DNA of 64,000 nucleotides from Macrostomum lignano (taxonomy: Eukaryota), in assembly GCA_002269645.1 (NCBI GenBank), contig NIVC01000575.1:372001-436000 (forward strand). Direction: 5' to 3'. Numbering within the stretch: the stretch's first letter is position 1; the number at the start of each line of letters is the position of its first letter. Shown piece after piece: positions 61,575-64,000 of this stretch. The notes beneath the pieces were generated by a model. The model saw only the letters and a list, made by a program, of their open reading frames with translations, made no database searches and was not told where the DNA came from. Made by a program: the position numbers and the translations under genes.

Positions 61575-62578
61575 GGCCCTTCTATATACGGGAACTGGGT
61601 AGCTATATCGATGCTTAAGCGAGAATTATAAAAGGTCGTCTCGATTAACTGGCCGATAGCCCAGAGATGATAGCCCAGTGCGTGTATGATTGAACGCTAT
61701 TTAGCGCGTGCTTAATCCGCTGTGCATAGCGAGTGATACGGTCTCGTAGTGAGTGCAATAGTGCATTCATTTCAAGGTAACTTTTAATTTCAAACTACTC
61801 GAATATCGAAGGCCTAACGTGTAATACTTTTAAGGACTAGGTGAACATCTCAGCTTCTCAGCCTCCACAGTCTGAGAGCCGATGGGAGCTGATATCGAGG
61901 GCATGTTGTACTGAAAATTATCTGTGAGAGGCTGGTCTTTCATTTGAGTCAGGTGATTTACCTTTACAATTCATGTGTTAATGAGTTTATGAGTGAGTTC
62001 ATCAGTTTATGAGTGAGATCATGAATGAGTTTATGAGTGATTTCATCAGTTTATGAGCGAGATCATCAGTTTATGAGTGAGATCATGAGTGAGTTTATGA
62101 GTGATTTCATGAGTTTATGAGTGAGTTCATCAGTTTATGCGTGAGTTCATGAGAAGGTTCATTAAATGCACGAGTGCGCTCCTATGAGCTGATTAGTGAG
62201 CATTTCTAAACTCAACTTCTCCACAATTTCCAGCCCCATCAAGTACCAAGAAGCCAATTGGCCTGACGCTGGACTTCGACGTCCGCATTGAGGATCCGGA
62301 ACAGCAGTCGCCGCCGCCACAGCTGCCGCCGCAGCCGTCGCACCGGCGCAGCACCCGCCAGGTGGTGCCCTACGACGAGCCCGGACTGTTGCGCTCGGCT
62401 GACGTTGTCCGACGCTGCGAAGCCGAGGGCCTGGCCTGCCAAAATGGCGGCCATTGCGACACATTTTTTCCGACGGCCGGACCGTCGGGCTCCGGGGCCG
62501 CTGCCGACCTGCAGTTCGGACTGGCCAGATTGGCCTGCATGTGCCCGCTGGGGTACACCGGCCCGCACTGCGAAACTG
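60072..62578 (+). CDS. Secreted single-EGF-domain protein (EGF-ligand-like), 3' partial; join(60072..60156,62234..62578)
   Basis: Signal peptide MSPLLLLLLAISPLLLVSSG; donor C/gtgagt and acceptor tttccag are both phase 1; furin-like RRSTR; six-Cys EGF module C-x6-CQNGGHC-x26-CMCPLGYTGPHCE followed by a phase-1 donor G/gtgaga. Confidence 0.8.
60250..60790. repeat. 20-bp ccggagacttacctcaccct minisatellite (~23 copies)
   Basis: Direct inspection; intron 1 of the EGF-like gene. Confidence 0.97.
61985..62150. repeat. Degenerate gagtttatgagtgagttcatcagtttat repeat
   Basis: Direct inspection. Confidence 0.8.
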
Positions 62579-62607
62579 GTGAGAGCTGCTGATATAAGAG
62601 TACCCTA

Positions 62608-62992
62608 GGGCCCTAACCCTAGCCCTAACCCTAGCCCTACTCCTAGCCCTAACCGTAGCCATACTCCTAGCCCTACTCCTAGCCATACTCCTAGCCCTAC
62701 TCCTAGCCCTAACCCTAGCCATACTCCTAGCCATACTCCTAGCCCTAACCCTAGCCATACTCCTAGCCCTACTCCTAGCCCTAACCCTAGCCATACTCCT
62801 AGCCCTACTCCTAGCCCTAACCCTAGCCATACTCCTAGCCCTACTCCTAGCCCTAACCCTAGCCATACTCCTAGCCCTACTCCTAGCCCTAACCCTAGCC
62901 CTAACCCTAGCCCTAACCCTAGCCCTAACCCTAGCCCTAACCCTAGCCCTAACCCTAGCCCTAACCCTAGCCCTAACCCTAGCCCTAACCCT
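62608..62992. repeat. Interstitial telomere-like array (CCCTAA/CCCTAG alternation with ccatactcctag variants)
   Basis: About 62885-62992 is pure ccctaaccctag. Confidence 0.93.
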
Positions 62993-62994
62993 AA

Positions 62995-63290
62995 TAATGA
63001 TAAAAAAGAAATAATAAATGGCACATGTGCAACCGACAGCTCAGCCGCAGCTATTGCGCTTCGCATCTGAAGGCTGCGTACGGCTGTTCAGTCCAAGGAC
63101 TAAGGGGGTCGCCACACACAGCCTCAATTCCCCCAGCTAATGCTGGCACCCATTTTACAGCTGGGTGAACTGAAGCAATGCAGATCGAGTTAAGTGTCTT
63201 GCTCAACGACACAAATTGTTCCGAGTGAATCGAGAATCGAACCCCCGACCTTTCAGTCGCAACCCCCTGAGACAACCCCTTACTAACCCT
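62995..63290 (-). mobile_element. tRNA-derived SINE with CORE/Meta-type central domain (family B)
   Basis: Minus strand: B box gggttcgattctc, then gtgtcgttgagcaagacacttaactcgatctgcattgcttcagttcacccagctgtaaaatgggt, which aligns to the recalled MIR CORE consensus GTGACCTTGGGCAAGTCACTTAAC...CTCAGTTTCCTCATCTGTAAAATGGG; T-rich/TTA-type tail near 62995-63020. Confidence 0.75.
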
Positions 63291-64000
63291 AGCAAACTCG
63301 AGAAACTCAAGAAATTCGGGGGATTTAGAATACGTTTCCGAGAATAGCTAGTAAATGTTCGTATTTTCAAGATTAAAGTTGTCAAAACTTTTAAACTCGT
63401 CAATGAGCTGTAAAAAGTCATTGGAATTTTAAATACGCGGGACAGAAGCCTGAAAAGAATCAATTACGCTGCATTCTATTCAATGCGGAGCATCACGCAT
63501 GCATGAATTCATGCTTGAGTGCACTGGCCGGGTCCTCCTCTCCGATATGAACAAAGTCAGGTGAGTTTCAGATACCACAAAATCACGGAGCTCATATTCC
63601 CGCGCATAGCTAAGTAGGGGGATCAGATGGTGACTTTGGCTGCAGGTAATGAATTTTACATTTCCCTCGCAGGCAGCTCTGGAAGAAATGGGAGTTTTTT
63701 TCCCAATCATCAGGCCTGCCGGCGGGCGCTAACAGGGGATCATCGAGGCATCCAGAGGGAGGAGGGGATGCCATGCCGGTGAATTGCTGATCAAGGCTAC
63801 GGAGGTCCTCAGTACCGGCTCGCGTGCACTGGCGCAGCGGACCCCCTGTGCGGGACACAATGGGCTGTGTGGGAGAGGGGACGACAGGGTTGCCAGGCCA
63901 GCCCGGCTTGAATGACTGGTTGGGATTTTTTTGCAACAAGAGAAACTTCATGCTCAGGCGGTCTCCTGGAGCTCCCAGACTCGACCCCGCCAGCATCGGC

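Noticed and set aside
63610-63996. Next exon of the EGF-like gene, or a 128-aa minus-strand ORF
   Set aside because: Two candidate acceptors (about 63672 and 63713) give short, featureless peptides, so it cannot be resolved at the window edge.

Overview
Eukaryotic (animal) genomic DNA. GC-rich, Ala/Gln-rich exons are separated by introns almost all filled with locus-specific mini/microsatellites. This style suggests a macrostomid flatworm such as Macrostomum lignano (inference; no search run). Spliced models were built by hand from GT-AG sites, phase continuity and recalled protein-family motifs: FANK1 (minus, 3 exons), eyes absent/EYA (minus, 4 coding exons), a C3orf20/FAM194-family gene (plus, 8 exons), two unidentified minus-strand genes, an ENPP4/5/6/7-type phosphodiesterase (minus, 4 exons) and a 3'-partial secreted EGF-like gene (plus). 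Non-coding content: a palindrome of at least 4.4 kb at the left edge, two tRNA-derived SINE families, hAT-like terminal inverted repeats (TIRs) and about 35 tandem arrays. Most ORFs in the supplied track are translations of these arrays. The strongest second-look signal is that several arrays are built from splice signals: tandem copies of an exon-intron junction in EYA, in-frame alternative donors in C3orf20, and an array carrying the U1 snRNA 5'-end sequence. Other notable items are the snap-back palindrome, a cluster of RFX X-box-like motifs and an atypical EGF ligand candidate. No CRISPR, rRNA or intact tRNA genes are supported.
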